A DNA stretch of 64,000 bases from Dehalococcoidia bacterium (GCA_963667465.2 CAXXDN010000001.1:256001-320000); one strand, 5' to 3'; positions 32,228 to 42,121 are shown, counted from the stretch's first letter. Notes: generated from the letters alone by a model not told the origin. Numbers and translations: made by a program.

Positions 32228-33085
32228 CTACGACGCCTCCGCGCTCCCCGCGACCGCGAGCGGGAGCACCTCGTTCATCGAGCCGGAGCGGAAACCCTCG
32301 AGGTCCACGGCGACGTAGGCGAAGCCTGCGCTCTTCACGGCGGCGACGATCTGCGAGCGCAGCGGCTCGGCGAGCGCGCGCGCCAGCTCCTCGGCGCCGA
32401 GCTCGACGCGCGCGACGCGGTCGTGGTGACGGACGCGCAGTTCGCGCAGGCCGAGCACGCGCAGCGCCAGCTCCGCCTCGGCGATCTGGCGCAGCTTCTC
32501 GGGCGTGACCGCGCTGCCGTAGGGGATGCGCGAGGCGAGGCAGGCCATGGCCGGCTTGTCCCAGGTGGGCACGCCGAGCCGCTTCGCCAGCGCGCGCACG
32601 TCGCCCTTCGTGAAGCCGGCCTCGGCGAGCGGGCTACGTACACCATGCGCGCGAGCGGCGCGGCGGCCGGGCCGGAAGTCGCCGCTGTCGTCGGCGTTCG
32701 CGCCGTCGAGGACCACGGCGTCTCCGAGGTCCTCGCGAGCCAGCGCGTCGAGCAGCGAGTAGAGCTCGTCCTTGCACTCGAAGCAGCGCTCCGGCGAGTT
32801 CTCGACGTAGCCGGGGCGGTCGATCTCGTTCGTGTCGATCTCGCGGTGCGCGATGCCGATCGCGGCCGCGACGCGGCGCGCCTCCTCGCGCTCGCTCGGG
32901 GCAAGCGAGTGCGAGACGCCGGTTACGGCAAGCGCGCGATCGCCCAGCGCCTCGACGGCAGCTGCGGCGAGCAGGCTGGAGTCGACGCCGCCGGAGAAGG
33001 CAATCACGGCGCGCGGCAGCTCCGCGAGCAGGCGGCGCAACTCGGCCGCCCGGGCATCGAGGTCGCGTGCGTTCTGATCGTCCAT
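32228..33085 (-). CDS. larE: ATP-dependent sulfur insertase LarE ([4Fe-4S]-type cysteine pattern)
   Basis: AFSGGVDS PP-loop, RCFECK, RPG, CLASRIPYG, RVRHH, GFRSGS. Confidence 0.93.
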   Translation of the reverse strand: MDDQNARDLDARAAELRRLLAELPRAVIAFSGGVDSSLLAAAAVEALGDRALAVTGVSHSLAPSEREEARRVAAAIGIAHREIDTNEIDRPGYVENSPERCFECKDELYSLLDALAREDLGDAVVLDGANADDSGDFRPGRRAARAHGVRSPLAEAGFTKGDVRALAKRLGVPTWDKPAMACLASRIPYGSAVTPEKLRQIAEAELALRVLGLRELRVRHHDRVARVELGAEELARALAEPLRSQIVAAVKSAGFAYVAVDLEGFRSGSMNEVLPLAVAGSAEAS

Positions 33086-33215
33086 CGCTCATCCTCGCGC
33101 GGCGGCGGGGTCCGCCGTGGGCCGCCGCCGCTGTAGTCTAGCGCAGTGGCGGCTGACGGCCCCGCGCCCCGGGCGCGGGTGCGCGCGGTACGCCGCCGAG
33201 GGGTGGGGGTGCGAT

Positions 33216-34037
33216 CTGGTCGAGGACAGCACACGTTCGGCGGCACAGTCGGGTGCGCAGCCGGGGACAGAGCTGGATGCGCTGCTGGAGCGGGTCGCGC
33301 GGGGTGAAGTGAGCCCGGGCGACGCCGCCGACCGGCTGCGCGCGCTGCCCGTCGAGGACCTCGGCTTCGCCCGCCTCGATCACCATCGCGCAATCCGCGA
33401 CGCCCTCCCGGAGGTGGTGCTCGCCGAGGGCAAGACCACGCAGCAGGCCGTCGCCGCGGGCTGCGCAATCCTCGAGCGCGCCGGCTGCCTGCTCGTCACC
33501 CGTGCCTCCGAGGAGATCGCGCAAGCCCTCGAGGCCGCGATCCCGGACCTGCGCCGCCACCCGCCCTCGACGGCGCTGAGCGTGGACCGCCGGCCGCCGC
33601 GCACCCCGCGCAGTGGCGTCGTCATCGCCAGCGGCGGCACCGCCGACCTCGCCGTGGTCGAGGAGGCGGCGGCGACGTGCGCGCTGATGGGCCACGCGGT
33701 GGAGCGGATCGTCGATGTCGGCGTGGCGGGCATCCACCGCGTGCTCGCGGAGACGGAGGCGCTGCGCGGGGCGAACGTGATCGTCGTCGTCGCGGGCATG
33801 GACGGTGCGCTGCCGAGCGTCGTCGCCGGCCTCACCGCCACGCCGGTGATCGCCGTGCCGACGAGCAACGGCTACGGCGCGGCCTTCGAGGGCCTCGCGC
33901 CGCTGCTGACGATGCTCAACGCCTGCGCGACGGGCGTCTCCGTGGTCAACATCGACAACGGCTTCGGCGCGGGCTACATCGCCGCGCTGATCAACGAGCA
34001 GGCGTGGTCCGGGCCGCCGGACCCCGCCTCCGGGTAG
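33216..34037 (+). CDS. larB: Nickel-pincer cofactor carboxylase/hydrolase LarB
   Basis: FARLDHHR..PEVV..EGK, GGTAD, DVGVAGIHR, AGMDGALPS, PTSNGYG, VVNIDNGFGA; start codon uncertain. Confidence 0.93.
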   Translation: MVEDSTRSAAQSGAQPGTELDALLERVARGEVSPGDAADRLRALPVEDLGFARLDHHRAIRDALPEVVLAEGKTTQQAVAAGCAILERAGCLLVTRASEEIAQALEAAIPDLRRHPPSTALSVDRRPPRTPRSGVVIASGGTADLAVVEEAAATCALMGHAVERIVDVGVAGIHRVLAETEALRGANVIVVVAGMDGALPSVVAGLTATPVIAVPTSNGYGAAFEGLAPLLTMLNACATGVSVVNIDNGFGAGYIAALINEQAWSGPPDPASG

Positions 34038-34050
34038 CGGACGGCCGACG

Positions 34051-35244
34051 ATGCGGGTCGCCTACGTCGATGCGCGCTTCGGGGCGGCGGGCGACATGCT
34101 GCTCGGCGCCGCCCTCGATGCGGGCGCAGACCTCGAGCCCGTGCGCGAGGCGCTGGACGCCCTGCCGGTCGGGGGCTGGTCGCTCGACGTGCACGCCGTG
34201 CGCCGCGCGGGCTTCGCGGCGACGAAGGCGGACGTCTCCGTCGAGACGCCGCAGCCACCGCGCACCGCGAGCGAGATCGTCACGATGATCGAGGCCGCCG
34301 CACTGCCCCCGCGAGTGCGCGAGCGCGCCGTCGCCACCTTCGAGCTGCTCGGCAGCGCCGAGCGCGCCGTGCACGGCATGCCCGAGGAAGAGGACGCGCA
34401 CCTCCACGAGGTGGGCGGCGTCGACGCGATCGTGGACGTGGTCGGCACGTTCGCCGCCCTCGAGACGCTCGGCGTCGAGCGGATCTGCGCAAGCGGCCTG
34501 CCCGCGGGCGGCGGCACGGCGCGGGCCGCGCACGGCCGCCTGCCGGTCCCCGCGCCCGCGGTGCTGGAGCTGGCCGCGCGCAGCGGCGCGACGCTGCTGG
34601 AGGCGCAGCCGGGCGAGCCGCCCTCCGAGCTGGTCACACCGACGGCGATGGCAATCCTCGGCGCGGTCGCGGAGTTCGAGCGGCCCGCGCTGCGCCTTGA
34701 GCGCATCGGCCTCGGCGCCGGGACTCGCGACCCCGAGGGCTGGCCGAACGTCGTGCGGCTCTGGATCGGCGAGGCGGAGGCGAGCGCGACGAGCCGTGGC
34801 CTGCGCCCGATCGCGCTGCTGGAGACCAACGTCGACGACATGCCGGGCGAGCACCTCCCGTTCCTCGAGGCGCGGCTGCGTGAGGCGGGCGCGCTCGATG
34901 TCTGGTGGACGGCGGTGCAGATGAAGAAGGGGCGGCCCGGCCTGCAGATCACGGCGGTCGCCGCGCGCGAGGACGCGGACGCCGTCGCTGCCTCGCTGCT
35001 GGAGCACTCGCCGACACTCGGGGTGCGCGCGACGGAGCTGCTGCGCTACGAGGCGGAGCGCGAGGTGTTCGAGTTTGAGAGCTCGCTCGGTCCGGCCGCG
35101 GTGAAGGTCAAGCGCCTGCCCGGCGAGCCGCCCCGCGCGGCCCCGGAGTACGAGAGCGCACGCGCCCTCGCCGAGCGCAGCGGCCTCCCAATCGCCGCGG
35201 TCTACGCGCTGCTGACGCAGGAAGCCCTCGCGCAGCTCCCATAG
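34051..35244 (+). CDS. larC: Nickel-pincer cofactor nickel insertase LarC
   Basis: GAAGDMLLGA, HLHEVGGVDAIVD, ELVTPT, ETNVDD, MKKGRPG, TLGVR, PEYE; single frame. Confidence 0.93.
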   Translation: MRVAYVDARFGAAGDMLLGAALDAGADLEPVREALDALPVGGWSLDVHAVRRAGFAATKADVSVETPQPPRTASEIVTMIEAAALPPRVRERAVATFELLGSAERAVHGMPEEEDAHLHEVGGVDAIVDVVGTFAALETLGVERICASGLPAGGGTARAAHGRLPVPAPAVLELAARSGATLLEAQPGEPPSELVTPTAMAILGAVAEFERPALRLERIGLGAGTRDPEGWPNVVRLWIGEAEASATSRGLRPIALLETNVDDMPGEHLPFLEARLREAGALDVWWTAVQMKKGRPGLQITAVAAREDADAVAASLLEHSPTLGVRATELLRYEAEREVFEFESSLGPAAVKVKRLPGEPPRAAPEYESARALAERSGLPIAAVYALLTQEALAQLP

Positions 35245-35257
35245 CCCGGCCGCACCA

Positions 35258-36085
35258 TCAGTAGAGGCGCTGCGCCTCGGCCTCCAGCGCGCGCTGCTCA
35301 GCGGCCTCCAGCGGTTCGTACGAGGTGGCCGTGGCTACGTTCTCCTCGATGCGCGCGGGGTAGCGCGCGCCGGGGATGGCAACCGAGACGCCGGGCTGCG
35401 AGAAGACGTAGCGCAGCAGGTTGGGCGGTGTCAGCGGGCCGGCGTAGCCCTCGGCGATGCGGCCGCGCATCACGCTCGTGCGGCCGGAGCCGCCGAGCGG
35501 GCGCATCACGATCACCCCCACGTCGTGCTCGCGCGCCAGCTCGACCAGCGGCGCGGTCTCCGTGAAGAACGCCGAGTACTCGAGCATCACCGTCGCGAAC
35601 TCGCCACTCTCGATCGCCAGCTTCAGCACCTCGAGGCTGTGCGAGGAGATCCCGATGTGCTCGACCAGCCCGCGGTACCGGGCGATCTGCAGGCCTTCGA
35701 GCGCGCCGTCCTCGCCGGTCGCCTCCTCCCACGCTTCGAGCGAGGAGATGTCGTGCAACTGGTAGAGGCTGATCCGCTCCACGCCGAGGGTGCTGAGCGA
35801 GCGGTCGACGTCGTGCTGGCTGCCGTTGATCGAGTGGCTGAACGTCTTGCTGGCGATGTGGAAGGCTGGCCGGCCGGCCTCGGCGCGGGCGCGCACCGCC
35901 TGCCCGATCATGAACTCGCTGCCCGCGTACTCCCGCGCCGTGTCGACGAAGTCGATGCCGAGGTCGAGCGCGCGCTCCAGCGTCTGCGGCCCCTCGCGCG
36001 CCGTCGGCGTGTCCATCGCGCCGAGGCCCAACTCGGTGACCATCAGCCCGGTCCGGCCCAGCCGCCGCCGCCCCAGCTCTGCCAT
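35258..36085 (-). CDS. Aldo/keto reductase family protein
   Basis: RRLGRTGL, DTAREY, IASK, YQLH, IGISSH, MRPLGG. Confidence 0.9.
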   Translation of the reverse strand: MAELGRRRLGRTGLMVTELGLGAMDTPTAREGPQTLERALDLGIDFVDTAREYAGSEFMIGQAVRARAEAGRPAFHIASKTFSHSINGSQHDVDRSLSTLGVERISLYQLHDISSLEAWEEATGEDGALEGLQIARYRGLVEHIGISSHSLEVLKLAIESGEFATVMLEYSAFFTETAPLVELAREHDVGVIVMRPLGGSGRTSVMRGRIAEGYAGPLTPPNLLRYVFSQPGVSVAIPGARYPARIEENVATATSYEPLEAAEQRALEAEAQRLY

Positions 36086-36118
36086 GCAGTCAGCCCTGCG
36101 TACCCACGCCCGAGGCAG

Positions 36119-36505
36119 CTAGCCGCCCTCGCCCCGTAGCTGCTCGAAGTCGAAGTCCTCGGGCATCGGGACGACGATGGAGCGGCGAGGCACCTCGACG
36201 GTGCGGGCGATGTGGCCCCTGCCGGTGGTGTCGTCGGCGAAGAAGACGTCACCGACGCCGAAGCTGCGCTTCGACCCGTCGCCGCACTCGATCTCTGCGC
36301 TGCCGGAGACGGTGATCACCCACTGACGGTGCGGCGCGGGGTGGTAGTCGGTCTCGAAGGCCTGCGTCGACTCGTGGAGGCTGATCTGACCGGCGTCGAG
36401 CAGCGGCGTGCGCACGCCGCGCCCGACATCGAGGGCGAACGCAACCTCGATGTCCTCGAAGTGGGACTCCCCGTCGTCGCCGGTGTAGATGCGGGTGATT
36501 CGCAT
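36119..36505 (-). CDS. Cupin-like protein
   Basis: TRIYTGDDGESHFED, HPAPHRQ, DDTTGRGH; paralog at 59299. Confidence 0.8.
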   Translation of the reverse strand: MRITRIYTGDDGESHFEDIEVAFALDVGRGVRTPLLDAGQISLHESTQAFETDYHPAPHRQWVITVSGSAEIECGDGSKRSFGVGDVFFADDTTGRGHIARTVEVPRRSIVVPMPEDFDFEQLRGEGG

Positions 36506-36611
36506 GAGTCGCTCCCTCGCGCGGCGGCGATGCTAGCAGGCGACCGCTGCGCCGGCCGCGCCGGAGTAAGGTAGCCGCGAGCAGCAGCGGGCGATCAGCG
36601 AGGAGGGCGCG

Positions 36612-37385
36612 ATGGGCTTCATGATGGACGGCATCCGCATGGACGGCCGCGTCGCCGTCGTGACCGGCGCGGGCAGCGGCATCGGCCGCGCGATCGCGAT
36701 CGGCATGGCCGACGTCGGCGCGCGCGTCGCGATCGGCGAGATCAACCCGGAGACCGGCCAGGAGACCGCCGACCTGATCGCCGAGGCCGGCGGCGAGGCG
36801 ATCTCGATCCCGACCGACGTGCGCGACCCGGACTCGCTGCGCGCCCTCGTCAGCGGCGCGCGCGAGCACTTCGGACGCCTCGACGCGATGTTCAACAACG
36901 CCGGCGGCAACTTCCAGGCGCCGACCCTCGATGTCTCCGAGCGCGGCTTCGACGCGGTCGCGCGCATGAACGTGCGCGCCGCCTTCATCGGCAGCCAGGC
37001 CGCGGCGCGCGTGATGATCGAGGACGGCCACGGCGGCAGCATCGTCAGCACCGCCTCGAGCGCCGCCTACCACGCGACGGGGCAGGGCATCGCCGCCTAC
37101 TCCGCAGCAAAGGCGGGAGTCCTCGGACTCACTCGAGAGCTGGCCGCCGAGTGGGGGACGCAGGGCATCCGCGTGAACGCGATCGCGCCCGGTGGCGTGG
37201 ACAGCCCGGGCCGCCACAGAAACATCGCGCGACGCGAGGACGACATCGCCGCGAACTACGGGCTGCTGAAGCGCCTCGGCTCGCCCGAAAACTTCGCGGC
37301 GGGGGCCATCTTCCTCGCCTCGGACCTGGCAGCCCACATCACGGGCCACACGATCCACATCGACGCGGGGACCGGCATCTCGTAG
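36612..37385 (+). CDS. SDR-family oxidoreductase
   Basis: TGAGSGIG, NNAG, YSAAK. Confidence 0.92.
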   Translation: MGFMMDGIRMDGRVAVVTGAGSGIGRAIAIGMADVGARVAIGEINPETGQETADLIAEAGGEAISIPTDVRDPDSLRALVSGAREHFGRLDAMFNNAGGNFQAPTLDVSERGFDAVARMNVRAAFIGSQAAARVMIEDGHGGSIVSTASSAAYHATGQGIAAYSAAKAGVLGLTRELAAEWGTQGIRVNAIAPGGVDSPGRHRNIARREDDIAANYGLLKRLGSPENFAAGAIFLASDLAAHITGHTIHIDAGTGIS

Positions 37386-37389
37386 CGGG

Positions 37390-37917
37390 CTACGCCTCCG
37401 CTTCGAGGCGTGCGAGGGCGATGCGGCGGGCGCTGTTGTCGGCGGGCTCGGCGCGCACCTCGATACGCTCGGTCCACTTGATGCTGGTGAAGCACTCGCC
37501 GCCCGGCACTACGAGCCGGGCGGGCCCGCCGTGCTCGGCGGGCAGCGGCGCATCGTTCACCTCGAGGGCGAGCAGCGCCGTCCGCGCCTCCGCGATCGGC
37601 AGCGGGAGGCTGAAGTCGGCGGCGCTGAGTTGCACCCATGCGGCCTCGCGCGGAGCGGCTGCCCGATCGAGCAGGTCGGCGACGGCGACGCCGCGCCAGC
37701 GCAAACCCGGCACCGTCCAGCCCTCGAGGCAACCGAAGTCGTCGACCAGCAGCTGCTGCGGCATCGCGGCGAGGTCGCCGAGGTCGAGGTCGAGCGGCGT
37801 GTCGACGAGGCCGTCGACGCGCAGCCTCCAGAGCGCAGGGTCGGGACCGTCGCCGGGGTGCACCGGGAGCGCGTCGAGGACGTGCAGTCCGCCATCGCTG
37901 GTTCGCTGATCGGGCAT
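37390..37917 (-). CDS. Molybdopterin-binding (sulfite oxidase/MsrP-like) single-domain oxidoreductase
   Basis: WRLRVDGLV, DFGCLEGW, WRGV, LPAEHGGPARLVVP..SIKW. Confidence 0.85.
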   Translation of the reverse strand: MPDQRTSDGGLHVLDALPVHPGDGPDPALWRLRVDGLVDTPLDLDLGDLAAMPQQLLVDDFGCLEGWTVPGLRWRGVAVADLLDRAAAPREAAWVQLSAADFSLPLPIAEARTALLALEVNDAPLPAEHGGPARLVVPGGECFTSIKWTERIEVRAEPADNSARRIALARLEAEA

Positions 37918-37948
37918 TGCTGCTCCTCCGAGGTTCGGACCGCCCCCT

Positions 37949-38917
37949 CTAGTATCCGGCCTGCTTGTCGATCAGGCCCTCGATCGGCTCGCCGGTGCGC
38001 AGCCGCCAGAGGTTGCCGCAAAAGCGGTCGATGTTCCGAGGCGCGCGCAGCTGGCTGGCCCCCGCCGCGTGCGGTGTCATCACCACGTCGTCGCGCTGCC
38101 ACAGCGGGTGGTCCTCGGGCAGCGGCTCGATCGGCACCACGTCGAGGCCAGCGCCGGCGAGCTGCCCGGAGTCGAGCGCCTCGATCAGGGCGTCTGCATC
38201 GATGATCTCGCCGCGCGTGACGTTGACGATCATGGAGCCGCGCGGCATCCGCCCGAACGCCTCGCGGTCGAACAGGCCGTCGGTCTCCGGAGTCAGCGGG
38301 CAACAGACCGCCACCACGTCCGAGGCCTCGAGCAGCTCGTTGAAGCGATCCATCGCCCAGACTGCCTCGACGTGGTCGTCGCCCTCGAGGGCATCGCGAT
38401 CGACGGCGATGCTGCGCATCCCGAAGCCGGTCGCACGCTGCGCGACCGCCCGGCCGGTGCCCCCGTAGCCGACGATGCCCAGCACCTTGCCGGTGAGCTC
38501 GGTCTCCTGCATGCGCAGCGCTCGGCGCTGGTCCCACGCCTCGGGGCCGAGCCGGATCGCCGAGGCGACCTTGCGCGTGAGGGCGAGCAGCAGCGCGAAG
38601 GCGTGGTCGGCGAGTTGCGGTCCGACCTGCCCCTTCTCGCTCGACAGCATGACCTCACCGTCGCGGAACGCGGGGTAGAGGTAACGGTTCACCCCGGAGG
38701 CGATGGCGTGCACCCAGCGCAGGTTCGGCGCGGCCGCGTACAGCTGTGGCGTCACGAAGCCGAGGACCACGTCCGTCTCCGCCGCGAATTCCAGCGCCTC
38801 GCCGTCCGAGTCGACGACCGTGACTTCCGAGTCCGGCCCGGCCGCCTCCATGATCCGCTCGATGATGTCGTCCGGCACCTCGGGCAGGGCCGTACCCGTG
38901 ATGATGAGGATGTTCAT
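37949..38917 (-). CDS. D-2-hydroxyacid dehydrogenase
   Basis: GYGGTG, CPLTPET, NVTRG, GLDV..EPLP, TPH. Confidence 0.92.
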   Translation of the reverse strand: MNILIITGTALPEVPDDIIERIMEAAGPDSEVTVVDSDGEALEFAAETDVVLGFVTPQLYAAAPNLRWVHAIASGVNRYLYPAFRDGEVMLSSEKGQVGPQLADHAFALLLALTRKVASAIRLGPEAWDQRRALRMQETELTGKVLGIVGYGGTGRAVAQRATGFGMRSIAVDRDALEGDDHVEAVWAMDRFNELLEASDVVAVCCPLTPETDGLFDREAFGRMPRGSMIVNVTRGEIIDADALIEALDSGQLAGAGLDVVPIEPLPEDHPLWQRDDVVMTPHAAGASQLRAPRNIDRFCGNLWRLRTGEPIEGLIDKQAGY

Positions 38918-38976
38918 GGTCCGCCCCCAATCGGCAGGGCGGAGCCTACTCCCCTCGAGGGCGGCGTGGCGCGGCC

Positions 38977-40059
38977 TCAGTCGAACAGCAGGATCGTGCG
39001 CGCGCCGACGTGGGCGCGCTGATCCGCGAAGGCCTGGTCCAGGTCCTCGAGCCGTCCGCGGCGGGTCACCAGCTCGTCGAGCTTGAGCTGGCCCTGGCGG
39101 TAGAGCTCGAGGTAGCGCGGGATGTCGACGCGCGCGCGGGTGCGGCCCATGAACACGCCCTGGATGCGCCGGTCCTGGATGAGCAGGTTGGGCGGCAGCT
39201 CCAGCGGCGCGGTGATGCCCGCCCCGATGATCGAGGCCGTGCCACCGGCACGGGTGCAGGCGAAGGCCTGCTCGGCGGTCGCCTTCAGCCCGATCGCCTC
39301 GAAGGAGTAGTGCACGCCGCGCCCCTCGGTCAGGTCGCGGATCGCCTCGACGGGATCCTCGACCTCGGAGGCGTTCACCGTGTCGGTGGCGCCGAGCAGG
39401 CGCGCTCGCTCCAGCTTCTCCTCCGTGAGGTCGACGGCGATGATGCGGCTCGCGCCGGCGATGCGCGCGCCCTGGACCGCCGAGAGCCCAACGCCGCCGA
39501 GGCCGAAGACGGCCGCGGTCGTACCCGGCTTCAGCTCGGCGGAACGGAAGACCGCGCCGAGCCCGGTGATCACCCCGCAACTGACGAGGCAGGCTGTATC
39601 CAGCGGTACGTCGTCCGGCAGCTTCACGACCCCGGCGTCCGGCGCGAGCATGTACTCGGCGAAGCTGCCGACGTTCGTGAGCGCCAGCACGCCCTCGCCG
39701 TTGAGGGTGATGCGAGGGCGCTCGTGCCGCCTTCGCCGCGGACGGTCGAGACAGCGATGCGGGTTGTCGCTCAGGCACTCCTCGCACTGACCACAGAAGA
39801 CGACGCCCGTGACGATCACGCGGTCGCCCGGCTGCACGTAGGTCACGTCCGAGCCGACCGCCTCGACGACGCCCGAGCCCTCGTGGCCGAGGATGCCCGG
39901 CGTCGGCCACTGGCCGATGCCGTCGACGAACATGAGGTCGCTGTGGCAGACCCCGCTGGCGGCGGTGCGGACCAGCACCTCGCGCGGCCACGGGTCGTCG
40001 ACCTCGACCTCCTCGATCGGCATCGGCTGGTTGGCGCCGTAGTAGATCGCGGCCCTCAT
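38977..40059 (-). CDS. Zn-dependent alcohol dehydrogenase
   Basis: GVCHSD, LGHE, CGQCEEC..C, GLGGVG. Confidence 0.93.
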   Translation of the reverse strand: MRAAIYYGANQPMPIEEVEVDDPWPREVLVRTAASGVCHSDLMFVDGIGQWPTPGILGHEGSGVVEAVGSDVTYVQPGDRVIVTGVVFCGQCEECLSDNPHRCLDRPRRRRHERPRITLNGEGVLALTNVGSFAEYMLAPDAGVVKLPDDVPLDTACLVSCGVITGLGAVFRSAELKPGTTAAVFGLGGVGLSAVQGARIAGASRIIAVDLTEEKLERARLLGATDTVNASEVEDPVEAIRDLTEGRGVHYSFEAIGLKATAEQAFACTRAGGTASIIGAGITAPLELPPNLLIQDRRIQGVFMGRTRARVDIPRYLELYRQGQLKLDELVTRRGRLEDLDQAFADQRAHVGARTILLFD

Positions 40060-40124
40060 GGTGACTCCCCTCAGCGCCGGGTTTCGCGAAGCATAGCCGT
40101 CAAGGTGAAGTGAGGCTCGATACG

Positions 40125-40147
40125 ATCACATGCGTGGCACATGTGAT
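40125..40147. promoter_or_regulatory. Inverted-repeat operator upstream of the TA operon
   Basis: ATCACATG-N7-CATGTGAT ending 12 bp before the antitoxin start. Confidence 0.6.
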
Positions 40148-40159
40148 ACGCTCATGCAC

Positions 40160-40390
40160 ATGCCGAAGATGATTCAGATTCGGAACGTTCCCGACGAGCT
40201 TCACCGCGAGGCGAAGGGGCGTGCCGCGCGCGCCGGGATGAGCCTCTCCGGCTACCTCCTGCGCGAACTGGAGCGGACCCTGTCGGAGCCGACGATGGAG
40301 GAACTGCTGGCGCGGATCGCCGCGCGGAAGCAGCCTCGGTTGTCCGAGACGTCGGCCGAGGCGGTGAGGGCGATCCGCGACAAGCGGTGA
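40160..40390 (+). CDS. FitA-like ribbon-helix-helix antitoxin
   Basis: IQIRNVPDELHR..KGRAARAGMSLS; overlaps the PIN gene. Confidence 0.85.
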   Translation: MPKMIQIRNVPDELHREAKGRAARAGMSLSGYLLRELERTLSEPTMEELLARIAARKQPRLSETSAEAVRAIRDKR

Positions 40391-40803
40391 TCGTCGCCGA
40401 CGCCTCGGTCATTGTGGACGTGCTGCTCTATCCCGACAGCGCGGCAGCACACGCGCTTGCCCGGCGATTCGCCCGCCGGGAGGCGATCTGTGCTCCTCAC
40501 CTCATGGATGTCGAGGTTGGCCAGACCTTGCGCCGCTTCACGTTGAGGGGCGAAATCTCCGCTGTCCGGGCCGTGGAATCCTTCGATGATCTGGCAGGAC
40601 TGTCGATTCGCCGCTACGCACACACGGAACTCTTGGCGAGGGCCTTCGAGCTGCGATCGAACGTAACCGTGTACGACGGCATCTACCTGGCGCTCGCCGA
40701 GATCCTCAATGTGCCGCTGCTCTCATGCGACGCCGCCCTGGCGGACGTGCCCGGCTGCGCCGCCACGGTCGAGATCCTCCCGGTCGGCGTCGCGACGGAC
40801 TGA
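40387..40803 (+). CDS. VapC/PIN toxin
   Basis: IVADASV, APHLMDVEV, YDGIYLALAE, LLSCD. Confidence 0.9.
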   Translation: MIVADASVIVDVLLYPDSAAAHALARRFARREAICAPHLMDVEVGQTLRRFTLRGEISAVRAVESFDDLAGLSIRRYAHTELLARAFELRSNVTVYDGIYLALAEILNVPLLSCDAALADVPGCAATVEILPVGVATD

Positions 40804-40837
40804 ACGACACGACAGCGGGGCAGCTCCCCGCCAAGGT

Positions 40838-41977
40838 CTACGCGCCCGCCTCGAGGCTGGCGTACGCGGCCTCGATGAGGCTGCTGGCGCGCACGTCGCC
40901 CGGTCCGCGGATGCGGTTCATGACGTAGGCGAAGCCAAGCCCCGCCGCCGGGTCGGCGAAGGCCTGCGAGCCGCCGACGCCGGAGTGTCCGAAGGCCGTC
41001 TCCGGACGCGGGTCGCCCAGCGCCGGCGAGGGCAGCTGGAAGCCGAGGGCGTAGCGGTTCTCGACGCCGATCGTGGCGTCCGTCCCCTCGCTCTGGAGCG
41101 TGCGGGCCGCCTCGATCGCCTCGCCGCTGATCAGGCGCACGCCGTCCAACTCGCCACCTGCGGCGAGCGCGCCGTAGAAGCGGGCGAGACCGCGCGCGTC
41201 GCTGTGCGCGTTGCCGGCCGGGATCTCGGCCTCGCGCCACTCGGTCGTGTTCGCCGTCTCGAAGGTCCACGGAGGGTTGTTGTGCGCCATCGCGATGATC
41301 GAGGTCACGTCCGGCTCGGGCAGCGGGCTGCGGCTGGGCGGGACGACATCGGCGGCGCGCCCTTGTTCGGAGGCGGAGAGCCCGATGTGGAAGTCGATGC
41401 CGAGCGGTTCCGCGATCTCCTCGCGGATGAAGGCGCCGGGCCCGCGGCCGCTCACGCGCCGCACGATCTCGCCGATGATCCAGCCGTAGGTCCAGACGTG
41501 GTAGCCGTGACGGGCGCCGGGCTCCCACCACGGCTCCGCCTCGGCCAGCGCCGTGGTCATCGTCTCCCAGTCGTACTTCGCCACCTCCGGCAGCAGTCGC
41601 CGCGCGCCAACCACGCCGGAGCGGTGCCCCAGCACGTGGCGTACCGTGACGCCCTCCTTGCCGCCCTGCGCGAACTCCGGCCAGTAGCTGGCCACGGGCG
41701 CCTCGATGTCCACGAGCCCGCGGTCGGCGAGCATGTGCAAGGCGAGCGAGAGCACGCCCTTCCCGGTCGAGTAGAGGTTGACGATCGTGTCGCGCTCCCA
41801 GGCGCGCGTCCCGGCGGCGTCGGCAGTGCCCGCCCAGAGATCGACGACCGGATCGCCGTCGATGGTGACGGCAACGGCAGCCCCGATGTCGCCGCGCTCG
41901 CTGAAGTTCTCCTCGAACGCCTCGCGCACGCTCGCGAAGCGCGAATCGCAATCGCCGTGAATCTCGAGCTCGGACAT
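40838..41977 (-). CDS. Serine hydrolase (beta-lactamase fold, family VIII esterase-like)
   Basis: YSTGK SxxK, WEPG..HGYH, FGHSGVGGS. Confidence 0.9.
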   Translation of the reverse strand: MSELEIHGDCDSRFASVREAFEENFSERGDIGAAVAVTIDGDPVVDLWAGTADAAGTRAWERDTIVNLYSTGKGVLSLALHMLADRGLVDIEAPVASYWPEFAQGGKEGVTVRHVLGHRSGVVGARRLLPEVAKYDWETMTTALAEAEPWWEPGARHGYHVWTYGWIIGEIVRRVSGRGPGAFIREEIAEPLGIDFHIGLSASEQGRAADVVPPSRSPLPEPDVTSIIAMAHNNPPWTFETANTTEWREAEIPAGNAHSDARGLARFYGALAAGGELDGVRLISGEAIEAARTLQSEGTDATIGVENRYALGFQLPSPALGDPRPETAFGHSGVGGSQAFADPAAGLGFAYVMNRIRGPGDVRASSLIEAAYASLEAGA

Positions 41978-42121
41978 ACGCTGCCTCCCGACACGCCGGC
42001 GCAGCGTACGACAGGCCGGGCGACGGTGCGCGCGGCCTTCGGGGGCGCGGCGGCATCCGCTACAGTGCCAGCGCAAGGGCCGCCGAGGCGCGATCTCGCG
42101 CGACGCGAAGGGACCAGCGAG

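Noticed and set aside
34051-35244. Programmed frameshift in larC
   Set aside because: Both LarC domains lie in one uninterrupted frame
40838-41977. Beta-lactam resistance gene
   Set aside because: No signal peptide; motifs fit a cytoplasmic family VIII esterase-like hydrolase
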